Assembly (NCBI GenBank): GCA_963663965.2
Contig: CAXXFK010000001.1
Span: forward strand, 96,001 to 160,000
Reading direction: 5' to 3'
DNA from: Sedimentisphaerales bacterium
GTDB lineage: Bacteria; Planctomycetota; Phycisphaerae; Sedimentisphaerales; SM23-30
Length of the DNA stretch: 64,000 nucleotides
Shown piece by piece: positions 32,601 through 41,703 of the stretch. The notes below the pieces were generated by a model. It was not told where the DNA came from. It did not search any database and was given only the letters and a program-made list of their open reading frames with translations. A program made the translations under genes and the position numbers. Numbering within the stretch: position 1 is the stretch's first letter; each line of letters starts with the position of its first letter.

Positions 32601-35600
32601 ACCACAGACCGGCACACTGGTATACAGCCATTTAATGCCGGTGCATGTGGTGGTGGCCCGCAACCGGAAATACGCCGGCGGCAGCGGAACACCTGACGAT
32701 CCCTACTTAATAGACAATCCCGGTGACTGGCTGGATTTGATGCGGACTCCGGAAGATAGTGACAAGCATTTCATTTTGGCCTCCGATCTGGATTTTGCCG
32801 GACTCCATTTTCAATCAATCTGTTTTTCGGGTGATCTGGACGGTGGCAGCCATATCCTTAAGCATACCTATGGTTCAAGAGGAATATTTTTTGAAAATTA
32901 CGGGGAGATTCGAAATCTGGGATTAAATAACATTCACATTACCGATAAGGGGAATTCGTATATTCCCGCTATTCTGGTAAATGATAATTATGGGAAGCTA
33001 GAGAGTTGTTATGTGGATGGGTCTATTACTGGAGGATGGGTAAGTGGTCTGGCCGGTCAGAATTATGGCCGGATTTGCAATTGCTATGTTACTGGCGAAG
33101 TCAAAGGGGATTTTGCCTTGGGGCTGGTGGGAGAAAATTCTGGCTACATAGAAAACTGCTTTACGGCAGCCAGGATACAAGGCGGTCAATATAGTCATGG
33201 CCTGACAGACGGCGAGTGCCGCAATTGTTTCTACGATATGGAAATCAGCGGCGTCCCGGACGATGGCCGGGGCATGGGCTTGACCACCAGGCAGATGCAA
33301 ACCCCGGCGACTTTTACCGAAGCCGGTTGGGATAGTGTCGGCGGCGGCGATGTAGTGGGCTCGTGGTCCTTCTCCACGGGCGACTACCCCCGTCTGGCCT
33401 GGCAGGAATACCCCTTGCAGTTAATGCCGGATGTCCGGGGCAAAACCGAAGCCCAGGCCCGGGCGATTCTGACTGATCTGGGCATGGCAGTGGGCCAGAC
33501 CTTTACCACTTACGAACCGGAACTGGAACCAGGATTGGCAGCCGGTCTGGAACCGCAAACCGGCACACTGGTGTACAGCCATTTAATGACGGGACATGTG
33601 GTGGTGGCCCGCAACCGGAAATACGCCGGCGGCAGCGGAACTTATAACGATCCCTATTTAATGGACAATCCCGGCGACTGGCTGGATTTGACGCGGACTC
33701 CGGATGATGAGGACAAGCAGTTTTTTTTGACCTCCGATCTGGATTTTGCCGGTCTCCATTTGAAACCAATCGTATTTTCAGGTCTTCTGGATGGTGGTGG
33801 TCATGTGCTTAAGCATGCCTATGGTTCTTATGCGATATGTTATCGAAATAGAGGCTTGATTCGAAATCTCGGTTTGGAAAATATTAATATTGCACAGACG
33901 GATTATTTTGAATCTGTCGGCATTTTGGTTATAAGGAATTATGGCGCTATAGAGAATTGCTTTGTGGCAGGAACTATTACTGGAGGATGGGTAAGTGGTC
34001 TGGCCGGTCAGAATTATGGCAGGATTCGCAATTGCTATGTTTCTGGCGAAGTCAAAGGGGATTTTGCCTTGGGGCTGGTGGGAGAAAATTCTGGCTACAT
34101 AGAAAACTGCTTTGCGGCAGCCAGGATACAAGGCGGTCAATATAGTCATGGCCTGACAGACGGCGAGTGCAGCAATTGTTTCTACGATATGGAGATCAGC
34201 GGCGTCCCGGACGATGGCCGGGGCATGGGCCTGACCACCGGGCAGATGCAGACCCCGGCGACTTTTATCACAGCCGGTTGGGATAGTGTCGGCGGCGGCG
34301 ATGTAGTGGGCTCGTGGTCCTTCTCCACGGGCGACTACCCCCGTCTGGCCTGGCAGGAATACCCCTTGCAGTTAATGCCGGATGTCCGGGGCAAAACCGA
34401 AGCCCAGGCCCGGGCGATTCTGACTGATCTGGGCATGGCAGTGGGCCAGACCTTTACCACTTACGAACCGGAACTGGAACCAGGTTTGGCAGCCGGTCTG
34501 GAACCGCAAACCGGCACTCTGGTGGTATACAGCCATTTAATGACGATGCATGTGGTGGTGGCCCGCAACCGGAAATACGCCGGCGGTAGTGGAACGCCTG
34601 ACGATCCCTATTTCATTGACAATCCCGGCGACTGGCTGGATTTGGCACGGACTCCGGAAGATCAGGACAAGCAGTTTATCTTGACCTCGGACCTGGATTT
34701 TACCGGCCTGGCATATCAAGGCCTTAATTTTTCAGGTGTCCTGGAAGGCAATGGGCATGTTCTGAATCATATTCATTATGACATGAGTATCTTGGGGGTT
34801 AATTGGGGTACGATTCGAAATGTGGGTTTAGAAAGTGTAAAGGTGGTATCTGGCGAACCTTATTCTGGGATGCTGGCTAGAGGGAATGCCGGATTAATTG
34901 AAAATGTCTATGTACAAGGATATATTTATAATAATAGGTATAGCGCAGGTTTGGTTCATGGCAATGTGGGGAACATTCGGAATTGTTATGCGATAGGTAC
35001 CATTGAGGCCGGCAATATTGCCTGTGGATTGGTAAATAATAACCACGGCACAATTCAGAATTGTTATGCCGTTACCAATTTAAAGGCAAACCAGTGTTTT
35101 GGATTGGCATATGAGAATGAATATCTCGATCAAGTATCAGGATGTTTTTGGAACAAGGAAATCGCTGGAACGACAGAAAGCGCATTTGGATTGGGTGTAG
35201 CGACTGAACAAATGCAGGATATTTATGGTTATCTGTCCAAAGGCTGGGATTTTGTCGGCGAGACGGATAACGGCGCCAACGATATCTGGCGGATGCCCTG
35301 TCATCAACCGGGCTATCCGATTCTGGCCTGGCAGCGGGACATCCCCGGCGATATCGCCGGCGGCCCGACGGTGGATATGCACGATTTCGACCTCCTTTCA
35401 CGAAACTGGCTGGAGGATGATCGATTTTATCATGGTGGCGCTTTGTCGCAAATGGATGGGATTGTCGATGGGGTCGAATTGGCTGAAATGGCGGAACATT
35501 GGCTGGCGGTTCATAACGATCTGATCCCCGATCCCATGGTGTCCTTTTGGACCTTTGACCAGGACGCCCGGGATAGTCAGGCAGTCAACGATGGCGAATT

Positions 35601-36174
35601 AATGAATGGCGCCCGGGTTGCTGTCGGCGATGGCGAAGCCGTTCGCGGTGCCGGGGCATTGCGTCTTGACGGTGTGGATGATGTCGTCTATTGCCGTGAT
35701 CATTTGTATTATTACCCTGGCGCATTACTGAGTGTGTCATTATGGTTCCGGGCGGATTCTATCTCTTCCGATAATACCATGCACCTGATCGGCCGGCGTG
35801 ATCAGTCAGACCACATCTGGAGCCTGCAACTCTGGGGCGCTCACAGTGGACATCTGTCTGGCTTTGTCGGCGGTGAAAATTCCTATGCGTTAACCGAAAC
35901 CAGTTTCACCCCCGAACCGGGCCGCTGGTATCATGTCGCTATGACCTATGATGATCTCGGCGATCGAAAAGTACGCCTTTATGTCGATGGCGTGGATTTA
36001 GGTTTCATCCAGCAATCCGCTGTGTCTGGTGGCAGACTGACAAGTGAATCGATCCCGATAACCATCGGCGACCGAACCGGCGGCGGACGCCCGTTTGCCG
36101 GCAATATCGACGATGTCCGTATCTACCGTCGCATCCTTACCCCGGCAGAAATATCCTCGTTAGTCAACCCATAA
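29677..36174 (+). CDS. Giant secreted/surface protein with GLUG repeats, PASTA-like domains, a dockerin-like motif and a C-terminal LamG domain
   Basis: RBS AGGAG; signal peptide; GSGT..DPY.I and VGGLCG.N.G GLUG units; MPDVRGKTEAQARAIL PASTA-like segments; PGDIAGGPTVDMHDF; WYHVAMTYD...FAGNIDDVRIY (LamG). Confidence 0.9.
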   Translation: MDFKRVDVRFSLGLGLSILIAHAAWCCTYSDGSGTEEDPYQIATPADLRDLMTVYSEWEHHFILVNDIDMANEEPFTQLPGDHPFNGVLDGNGKRIGNLVIDCPEQNYVGLFGYVGSNGQIRNLGLENVSVSGHSLVGGICGSGVGKISQCYVTGHVQVSGHIGGGICGANGGMIESCYSNCMVSGLEYTGGLIGVNQGGKIYYCYAKGLVTGQYFAGGLAGERSSAFFGSIVSCFWNIQSSEQAGSMGGKGLTSEQMRTMRIFQNAGWAEKGWVMADGVDAPRLAWEGTDGMPIPPAEPVPLNGEGTINSPYEIHTPDEFALLSWYSDILNKPIRIMADLDLSGIQLYPIGDLGMFTGLLDGNRHVIANAVIDQPDSFGVGIVSQMGSGGVITRIGIENVAITGGYKTGGLCGYNWGGAIYDSYVTGSVSGDTYVGGLCGFTDNIQSTSATTCSIGGCYTNCQVTGENFVGGLCGGNGGGITTSYAVGAVTGHYNVGGFCGYLPYGFIHQCYAACSITVSNVPGEGIGGFYGSNLNGQLSGCFWDTEVSGINDPEQGSGHDTDGVIGLPTDQLVGSHVYEQAGWIFADFPITIPAWRAMADSYPRLIWEELEGYATMPALIHLDLESALRQLAAQDYALKTVHFAYSGSVPDALVINQQPAPGVVFLPGDVEVEIWVTKGQKYSGGTGSQDDPYRIGRIGDYYELIANESDWNQNFIITADLDFMGLSVSAIHWAGVLEGGGHVCQNLQSFNGLFLNNSGAIRNLGVKNARIDSESTTAGILVNENAGTIDNCYVQGSITGQSVAGLAGSNLGQISNCYAAGTVTGDNASGLVSDNSCEIINSYAAVIVTGSNTQLGLANGECRNCFYDMEISGVPDDGRGMGLTTGQMQTPATFTEAGWDSVGGGDVVGSWSFSTGDYPRLAWQEYPLQLMPDVRGKTEAQARAILADLGMVVGQTFTTYEPELEPGLATGLEPQTGTLVYSHLMPVHVVVARNRKYAGGSGTPDDPYLIDNPGDWLDLMRTPEDSDKHFILASDLDFAGLHFQSICFSGDLDGGSHILKHTYGSRGIFFENYGEIRNLGLNNIHITDKGNSYIPAILVNDNYGKLESCYVDGSITGGWVSGLAGQNYGRICNCYVTGEVKGDFALGLVGENSGYIENCFTAARIQGGQYSHGLTDGECRNCFYDMEISGVPDDGRGMGLTTRQMQTPATFTEAGWDSVGGGDVVGSWSFSTGDYPRLAWQEYPLQLMPDVRGKTEAQARAILTDLGMAVGQTFTTYEPELEPGLAAGLEPQTGTLVYSHLMTGHVVVARNRKYAGGSGTYNDPYLMDNPGDWLDLTRTPDDEDKQFFLTSDLDFAGLHLKPIVFSGLLDGGGHVLKHAYGSYAICYRNRGLIRNLGLENINIAQTDYFESVGILVIRNYGAIENCFVAGTITGGWVSGLAGQNYGRIRNCYVSGEVKGDFALGLVGENSGYIENCFAAARIQGGQYSHGLTDGECSNCFYDMEISGVPDDGRGMGLTTGQMQTPATFITAGWDSVGGGDVVGSWSFSTGDYPRLAWQEYPLQLMPDVRGKTEAQARAILTDLGMAVGQTFTTYEPELEPGLAAGLEPQTGTLVVYSHLMTMHVVVARNRKYAGGSGTPDDPYFIDNPGDWLDLARTPEDQDKQFILTSDLDFTGLAYQGLNFSGVLEGNGHVLNHIHYDMSILGVNWGTIRNVGLESVKVVSGEPYSGMLARGNAGLIENVYVQGYIYNNRYSAGLVHGNVGNIRNCYAIGTIEAGNIACGLVNNNHGTIQNCYAVTNLKANQCFGLAYENEYLDQVSGCFWNKEIAGTTESAFGLGVATEQMQDIYGYLSKGWDFVGETDNGANDIWRMPCHQPGYPILAWQRDIPGDIAGGPTVDMHDFDLLSRNWLEDDRFYHGGALSQMDGIVDGVELAEMAEHWLAVHNDLIPDPMVSFWTFDQDARDSQAVNDGELMNGARVAVGDGEAVRGAGALRLDGVDDVVYCRDHLYYYPGALLSVSLWFRADSISSDNTMHLIGRRDQSDHIWSLQLWGAHSGHLSGFVGGENSYALTETSFTPEPGRWYHVAMTYDDLGDRKVRLYVDGVDLGFIQQSAVSGGRLTSESIPITIGDRTGGGRPFAGNIDDVRIYRRILTPAEISSLVNP
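32260..34700 (+). repeat. Intragenic tandem repeat, period 951 bp (317 aa)
   Basis: GGCGAGTGC..CAATTGTTTCTACGATATGGA.ATCAGCGGC starts at 32260, 33211 and 34162. Confidence 0.92.
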
Positions 36175-36371
36175 TCAAGAATATGGACGTTAACCAGATT
36201 CTTAGCCCGTTATGAATCAAGCGATCCTGGCTGATTATTAGCGACTTCACTCCCATCATTCGCTCCGTACTAAATCCCCGCCTTTAAAAAAATTCAACTC
36301 CAGGCCCAGCCACTTTTCCCCCTCCCATCATTCCCCACTCGTTCCGGAATTTATCCCGATATTCATCGGGA

Positions 36372-36570
36372 CTCCCTTCACTTCCTCCACGGTGAAAATG
36401 CATTTCATTTTCCCCTTCCGTGTCTTTCCGTGTTTTTCTGTGGTTATATCTTCTTATATTTCAATATCTTAACTAATTTTTATCTGCGTCTATCTGCGTT
36501 CATCTGCGGATAAACCGGCCGTTAATTCTTCCTCTTAACTTCATGCCCTTCACGATCTTCATGGTGAAAG
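36372..36570 (+). repeat. Array of four short elements with internal 9- or 10-nt periodicity
   Basis: CTTCACttcCTCCACGGTGAA; TTCCGTG/TTCCGTG/TTCTGTG at 36416/26/36; ATCTGCG at 36482/92/502; CTTCATG/CTTCACG/CTTCATG at 36539/48/57. Each unit ends in GG followed by an A/T-rich tail. Confidence 0.75.
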
Positions 36571-36613
36571 TTTCTTATATTATGTATTTTTTCTATTTAA
36601 TTTTATTATTTAT

Positions 36614-36642
36614 TTGACCATTATTGAAATGTGACCTATAAT
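36614..36642 (+). promoter_or_regulatory. Consensus sigma70 promoter
   Basis: TTGACC-17 nt-TATAAT; paralogous to 41599-41627. Confidence 0.75.
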
Positions 36643-36703
36643 CCCAACAGTCGGCCACCAACGGTCAAACACGAAACATTACTAAGGTTTAAAGGAGGCT
36701 CCC

Positions 36704-36955
36704 ATGAATCGTTCCATGCAAATTCTCGCCCGTGCCCAATACTACCACCGCCCCGAAATCAACAACCTGTTCCTCGCCACCATCAACACCACCCGCCGCC
36801 AACATCAATACATTATCGACACCCACTCCTACCACTGCGAACTGGCCGGCCTGATCGCCTACGACCGCCGCGACTACAAACTCCGCGCCACCCGCGCCGG
36901 CCACCAGGCCCTCCAACGCCTCGTCGTCCAGTCCCGCTCCGCAATAAAAAGATAG
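36704..36955 (+). pseudogene. Truncated paralog of the 41704..42489 hypothetical protein
   Basis: MNRSMQILARAQYYHRPEIN...QRLVVQSRS is nearly identical to 41704-41939; identity stops abruptly at about 36940. Confidence 0.8.
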
Positions 36956-37170
36956 TCGGCCCAGCGCAGATCCTCATCCTGAAGGACGCTGACATTCTGT
37001 TCGATCAACCGCCTTTCGAAGGATTCCGGCAGCATGGCGGCCACGGTCAGCAATCCAGGCGGCGGTTGGTGCGCTTTCTTGGAAATAAACGGCATGACGG
37101 TCTTCATACTCCAGAAGGTATTGGGTGTTTCTGGATTGACCAGTAATATTTTTAAGTGTTGTTTATTCAT
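36941..37170 (-). pseudogene. N-terminal fragment of a B12-binding radical SAM protein (DUF4070-type)
   Basis: KILLVNPETPNTFWS...PPPGLLTVAAMLP...DEDLRWADYLFI, then cut at the junction with the duplicated ORF. Confidence 0.8.
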
Positions 37171-37504
37171 GTATAATCTATCCGCAATCACTTATATTGT
37201 TGGCCAGATTGAGTGAAATATCGTAAAAAGATATTTCTCCGGATTGCGGATGCGATCATCCGCCGGAACACGTGAGGCAAATGGACCGCATTCATCGATT
37301 AATCCTGAAAAGGAAACATCCCTGTATCGCAAATATGCCCAATAAATTATTATACTCACGCAATTGGGTTTAAGGCAATGTAAAATTATAAATAGGCCGT
37401 GCATTTTCCTAAATCCCACTCATTGGGTGGTGAGGTTATCAATCAAACAAGCGATAGTACCGAAAAAAATGCGCTGTGTTTATTTTCTGACAATCGCTAA
37501 ATAG

Positions 37505-37603
37505 CCTAACCCGGCAGGGCCGCGCCAAACAGGGTTCCAGTTAGGCAACTGTTTTGCCGTTGAGATTTCCTGGCCATTTTGCGCATGAATTCATTTGTAA
37601 GAG
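37505..37603 (+). repeat. Dispersed repeat / candidate structured motif 2, copy A
   Basis: CCGGCAG...AAACAGGG...TGAGATTTC...GCCATTTTGCGCA...TTCATTTGTAAGAG matches the reverse complement of 54541-54640. Confidence 0.7.
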
Positions 37604-37696
37604 TCTAAAGGGCTTACAAAAGAGAGCGCGCTTAGTGCCGGATGCTCCTAGGCAAAGCGGCTTGATTCTGGCACCGCAGACTAAAAAATCAGGGTT

Positions 37697-38377
37697 CTAC
37701 TGAATACTCCAAGTATATGCCGGATCGGACCGCACTTGCCCGACCGGGGATAACCTGGACGGCGGCAGGGGTTCGAGTAAATGAATCACCCGCGCCAACT
37801 CGATCAGGGTCTCGACCCGTAGCTTGCGCATGACATTGGAACGATGATAATCCACGGTTTTGGGGCTGATGGCCAGTTCACGGGCGACGATCTTGTTATT
37901 TTTGCCCAACAACAGGTGATTGAGCACCTGCCGTTCGCGGTCGGTCAGAGTATTGAGCTTTGCGTTGATTTGATCATGATGGTCGGTTTGATTCCGCCGG
38001 CATTCGTCATCCTTGACAGCCCGCTGGATATTATCCAGCAAAACCTGCGAACGAAACGGTTTTTCGATAAAATTGAAGGCGCCGCGCTTGATCGCTTCGA
38101 CCGCCATGGCGATATCGCCATAGGCGGTGATAAAGATGATCGGTACGTACATCTGGTGTTGATTGAGATATTCCTGTATCTCCAAACCGCTCATCTCCGG
38201 GATACGCACATCCAATACCAGACAACTGGGCAGGTTGTTTTCCAGAGCCGCTAACAGATCATCCGCGCGATTAAAGGTGTGGGCGCGCAGCCCCACGGTT
38301 TCCAACATGACACGAATGGTGACACAGACATCCTCATCATCGTCGAGGATATAGACATAAGGCTCTTTGTTTTCCAT
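37697..38377 (-). CDS. FixJ/LuxR-family response regulator
   Basis: YILDDD, LVLDVRIPEMSG, IIFITAYGD, FIEKPF receiver; LTDRERQVL...ISPKTVDYHRSNVMRKL HTH. Confidence 0.93.
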   Translation of the reverse strand: MENKEPYVYILDDDEDVCVTIRVMLETVGLRAHTFNRADDLLAALENNLPSCLVLDVRIPEMSGLEIQEYLNQHQMYVPIIFITAYGDIAMAVEAIKRGAFNFIEKPFRSQVLLDNIQRAVKDDECRRNQTDHHDQINAKLNTLTDRERQVLNHLLLGKNNKIVARELAISPKTVDYHRSNVMRKLRVETLIELARVIHLLEPLPPSRLSPVGQVRSDPAYTWSIQ

Positions 38378-38742
38378 AGTTTTCACCTCGGAATCAAAAT
38401 GATTTTCCAAGCTTGGCAATACACATCATTCGAGCACGCTTCAGGGGCAACGTTAAATTTGAAAAGAGGCACGGACGCTTTCCCTAAGTCGCTTGACCGG
38501 CGCCCGTAACCTGCTCTTCATGTCCGGTTTCGCACCACGGCTCACTAAACCCCATTCGCCATTCGGTATCAGGCACAACTACCTGGCATCTCATGCTTCG
38601 TTATGTCCGTCCGCCGGAAGAAAACGGCTTTCTCAGCCAACAGGTTTTCACTGCGTGGTGAACAAACGCAAGTAATGCACCTAAATCCATATGGCGATAT
38701 TTCCCATTCGCAACTGCCGTGCTGCGAAGCTCCAGACTATTC

Positions 38743-38835
38743 CTACCAATTAACGCCATGACAGCCACTTAGTGAGAATGCCAGCGCCATCAAGACAAAT
38801 AATAACACGATTTTATATATTGAGTTCTCTTTCAT
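38743..38835 (-). CDS. Very small lipoprotein-signal ORF (30 aa) or truncated lipoprotein gene
   Basis: RBS GGAG; MKENSIYKIVLLFVLMALAFSLSGCHGVNW* with lipobox LSGC. Confidence 0.45.
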   Translation of the reverse strand: MKENSIYKIVLLFVLMALAFSLSGCHGVNW

Positions 38836-38877
38836 TTTAAAGTCTCCAAAAATATTTTCAATTACTTACCATCGATA

Positions 38878-39014
38878 ACTTACGCACATTGGCCAGAAAT
38901 CTCAAGAGGGAGCCGGATGCGGCTGTGCCCCTGTTAGTTTAGATTGCCGTCAATAGAATCCACATCAACTCCCTAACCCCAACCTCCCGGTGCTCGGTAC
39001 ACGCACACTGCCGG
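38878..39014 (-). repeat. Motif 2, copy B (with a ~70-nt internal insertion)
   Basis: Reverse complement reads CCGGCAGTG...AACAGGGGCACAGCCGCATCCGGCTCCCTCTTGAGATTTCTGGCCAATGTGCGTAAG. Confidence 0.65.
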
Positions 39015-39021
39015 CCATGGA

Positions 39022-39432
39022 TTATGGCGCGGCAACCTTAACAATAAATACCGTCATGGTCGATTCGCCGGTTTTGGGAACACCTTTGACCGCAATGCGA
39101 TAATCGCCCAGAGCGGCATTACTGGCCGCGGCAACGCGAAGCTGCACCTCCGCCTTTTCGCTGGCCTTGATCGTCAAACTGTCCGGATCGACACTGAGGC
39201 CGGCCGGCGCTGTTATTTGCAGTTTGACATCCTGTTTGAAATAATCGCCCCGTATCAGCGAAATGGCCACGGATTGGATTTGACCCTGTTTGATTTCCGT
39301 GGCAAAGGTCGGGACGGCGATAGTGAATCCTTTGCCTTTCTGAACACTGCCGCCCTTCTGACTGCTTGTTTGACAGCCAGACACCACCGCCAGTGCTAAC
39401 ATAAACGACATTACCATTGCTGTTTTCATCAT
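39022..39432 (-). CDS. Lipoprotein with an Ig-like beta domain
   Basis: Lipobox VSGC; beta-strand pattern VAISL, VKLQI, VQLRV, GDYRIAVKG. Confidence 0.7.
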   Translation of the reverse strand: MMKTAMVMSFMLALAVVSGCQTSSQKGGSVQKGKGFTIAVPTFATEIKQGQIQSVAISLIRGDYFKQDVKLQITAPAGLSVDPDSLTIKASEKAEVQLRVAAASNAALGDYRIAVKGVPKTGESTMTVFIVKVAAP

Positions 39433-39467
39433 GATTTCCTTAATTTATTTTATCCCGGAATCTTACC

Positions 39468-39604
39468 CTACTCCATGGCTTTGTCGATGGGCAAATCGGT
39501 AAAAGACGGGATACATCGGAACTGAATAAATTGGACGCAGAAACGCCATAGACCGTCAGTATGACACCAACCGTCAGAAGCGCTATTGAAGTTAAATTGT
39601 TCAT
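39468..39604 (-). pseudogene. DUF3185-like small membrane protein, frameshifted and truncated
   Basis: MNNLTSIALLTVGVILTVYGVSASNLFSSDVSR / FTDLPIDKAME*. Confidence 0.6.
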
Positions 39605-39643
39605 AAACATTTTCTTTTGTCATCGGTATTGACCGAAAACCGG

Positions 39644-39793
39644 TCACACCACTCTTCGTCCACTGATAAACCGGACCAAGATCAGGATGAGGGCGATAAC
39701 CAGCAGAATATGGATAAAACCGCCCATGGTGTAGGATGAAACAAGTCCTAAAAGCCATAATACGACTAAAACAACAGCTAAAGTATAAATCAT
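39644..39793 (-). CDS. lmo0937-family small membrane protein, 49 aa, absent from the ORF track
   Basis: RBS GAAAGGA; MIYTLAVVLVVLWLLGLVSSYTMGGFIHILLVIALILILVRFISGRRVV. Confidence 0.85.
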   Translation of the reverse strand: MIYTLAVVLVVLWLLGLVSSYTMGGFIHILLVIALILILVRFISGRRVV

Positions 39794-39926
39794 AACAGAA
39801 TTCCTTTCTGAAGATCAGGTTAAGCATCCGTAGTGGGCGACCCTGCCGCCCGATCCACTGGATCTCACCCTCAAAGTTTGATTCACACGCATCTGGTTGT
39901 TATTTTCTCAACAAGCGGCCGGGCCG

Positions 39927-40619
39927 TTAATCTTGTTTCCGATCGCGATGGTTCTTCCATTCTTCCAGATAGCGGGCTGCGGCATCTTTGCCGCCCAATC
40001 CGAACGCCAAGGCCAGTGCCAGACAAATCCCGCCCAACACCATATTAAAGGCGGTCGTTACCAGCAACGGGGCGATGCCAAGCTGTTCCATGGAAATCGC
40101 CACCGCAAAGACGATAATGGCCCAACGGCTAATCCCGGCTAACAACTTGGGTCTGGGCAACTGGGCATTACCGGCAGCCGTACTCACGATGCCGGCCACC
40201 AGTGTGGCCAGAAACAGCGCCACCACCAGCACTAACAGTGCGCCAATGACCTTGGGGACATAAGCGAACAGGCTAGCTAAGGTGACGGTTCCACTGGGCA
40301 ATCCCAGGGCATTGACCACTATAACCAGCACCATGATAATAATCAGCCAATAAACCAGACCGCTGACCACCTTGCTGACGGTTGTTTTCAGTTTCCCTTT
40401 GCTGAGTACTTCCGTTATCCCGGCCTTGTCGGCCAGCAGATCGAACCGGATCGTCGTCAGTAACCATTCTACTAACCGCCGGATGGTCTTGGCAACCAGC
40501 CACCCGACCACCAAAATGATCAAAGCGCCCAGCAGAACAGGCAGATAAGCTATGATCTGCCTTAACATGTCCTGAACTGGTTCTACTATCAGGGTATCCC
40601 ATTCGAATTTTGCCAACAT
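39927..40619 (-). CDS. Conserved TM-helix repeat protein (MscS N-terminal/CmpX-like)
   Basis: YLPVLLGALIILVVGWLVAK and YVPKVIGALLVL repeats; ALALAFGLGGKDAA. Confidence 0.85.
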   Translation of the reverse strand: MLAKFEWDTLIVEPVQDMLRQIIAYLPVLLGALIILVVGWLVAKTIRRLVEWLLTTIRFDLLADKAGITEVLSKGKLKTTVSKVVSGLVYWLIIIMVLVIVVNALGLPSGTVTLASLFAYVPKVIGALLVLVVALFLATLVAGIVSTAAGNAQLPRPKLLAGISRWAIIVFAVAISMEQLGIAPLLVTTAFNMVLGGICLALALAFGLGGKDAAARYLEEWKNHRDRKQD

Positions 40620-40708
40620 GTTTTATCTCCTGAATCAATGATTAATGATTGTCTGCCGATAATTTGGTGTCTGAGGGGCTGAACGATTCGTTTCAGACCG
40701 GGGCCCGG

Positions 40709-40906
40709 TTATGCCTCTTCAGCCTGCTGCCATATTTGCTTGCTTTGACCCTGGGGACACCCCTTCTCGACATAAATTCGATACGCCCGTTTGGCGATCT
40801 CTTCGTGAGTCGCCTTAGCGGGTGCGACTTCATGGTCGATCGGGAGGGCAGGTTGCGCCGCCGATGGTATGTTTGACGGGCAACGGGCTGTCGTTTCCAG
40901 CACCAT
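40709..40906 (-). CDS. DUF2934-domain protein; upstream part degraded
   Basis: THEEIAKRAYRIYVEKGCPQGQSKQIWQQAE; an in-frame stop and a frameshift lie upstream toward an ATG near 41082. Confidence 0.7.
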   Translation of the reverse strand: MVLETTARCPSNIPSAAQPALPIDHEVAPAKATHEEIAKRAYRIYVEKGCPQGQSKQIWQQAEEA

Positions 40907-41361
40907 TCTAATCTACCGGGGCGCCACTGCGGGCACCGCTTCCGTCGGCTGGAATCCTGCTTCCCGCACCGGCTTCGTCATTCGGTGTTCCGAGCCCCCC
41001 CGTCACTTTCGGCTGTTGGTCAACCCGCGCTTCCAGTGCTTTTTCTCTTTTTATAAATTTTACCAAAATTGAATCCCTTCATTTTATCCGGGCGATTTAC
41101 CAGGACAGTAGATCACATACGTGTTCTTTGATTGTCCTGTCTATTAAGATGATAGCCATACCGAATGGATCTGTAAATCAGCACAGAAGCTGATTTGTAT
41201 GTAGGCAGAATCATTAAGATACCTGTCATCCATTTACCCTATCTGGATATCAATCGGGGTAGACCAACCGCGATACCAGCCGGATAATCGAGGTTTTAAC
41301 CGGGTCCCCATACTCCGGGGCCACTTGAAATGTGCGTTGACGCCACCCCCGTTGTGAAATA

Positions 41362-41466
41362 TATACTCTATTAAGTGTGAAAATTCCTGATCGCTCGAAG
41401 ATAACAAATACTCGTCATATATTTGTCTCCCGGCGCAACGGGAACATTCAATTGTAAATGGTATCT
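41362..41466 (+). ncRNA. Candidate structured RNA motif 1, copy 2
   Basis: TATACTCTATTAAGTGTGAAAATTCCTGATCGCTCGAAGATAACAAATACTCGTCATATATTTGT...CGGGAACATTCAATTGTAAATGGTATCT; TTGACG at 41337. Confidence 0.55.
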
Positions 41467-41598
41467 TTCGAGCTCTTAACGCTCACTATCTGACCTCAGG
41501 GTGGCTGCAAAAACGTTCAGTTGCCGGCGGACCTGTTTTCTTAATACACATACATATAATAATTATATGTTATTTTTATAATATATTTACTAATTACA

Positions 41599-41627
41599 TT
41601 GACTATTGTCATAACATCCCCTATAAT
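41599..41627 (+). promoter_or_regulatory. Consensus sigma70 promoter
   Basis: TTGACT-17 nt-TATAAT. Confidence 0.75.
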
Positions 41628-41703
41628 CCCAACAGTCGGCCGCCAACGGTCAAACCCAGAATGGTTTTTTATTAATTTGGTCTTAAGAAAAAGAGGTGAA
41701 TCC

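Noticed and set aside
32260..34700. DGR template/variable repeat pair or transposon duplication
   Set aside because: Repeats are in-frame protein domains within one ORF and differences are not adenine-specific.
36372..36570. CRISPR array
   Set aside because: Units are not identical repeats, spacing is irregular and no cas genes are present.
37505..37603. TPP, glycine or cobalamin riboswitch (CTGAGA / ATCTCAG-like words in motif 2)
   Set aside because: The other conserved elements of those aptamers are missing and neighbouring genes do not fit.
41498..41516. IS-like terminal sequence AGGGTGGCTGCAAAAAC
   Set aside because: No partner inverted repeat or transposase found; too short to support.
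41599..41703. TTG start extending the hypothetical ORF to 296 aa
   Set aside because: The TTG is the -35 box of a consensus promoter; the RBS and the paralog support ATG 41704.
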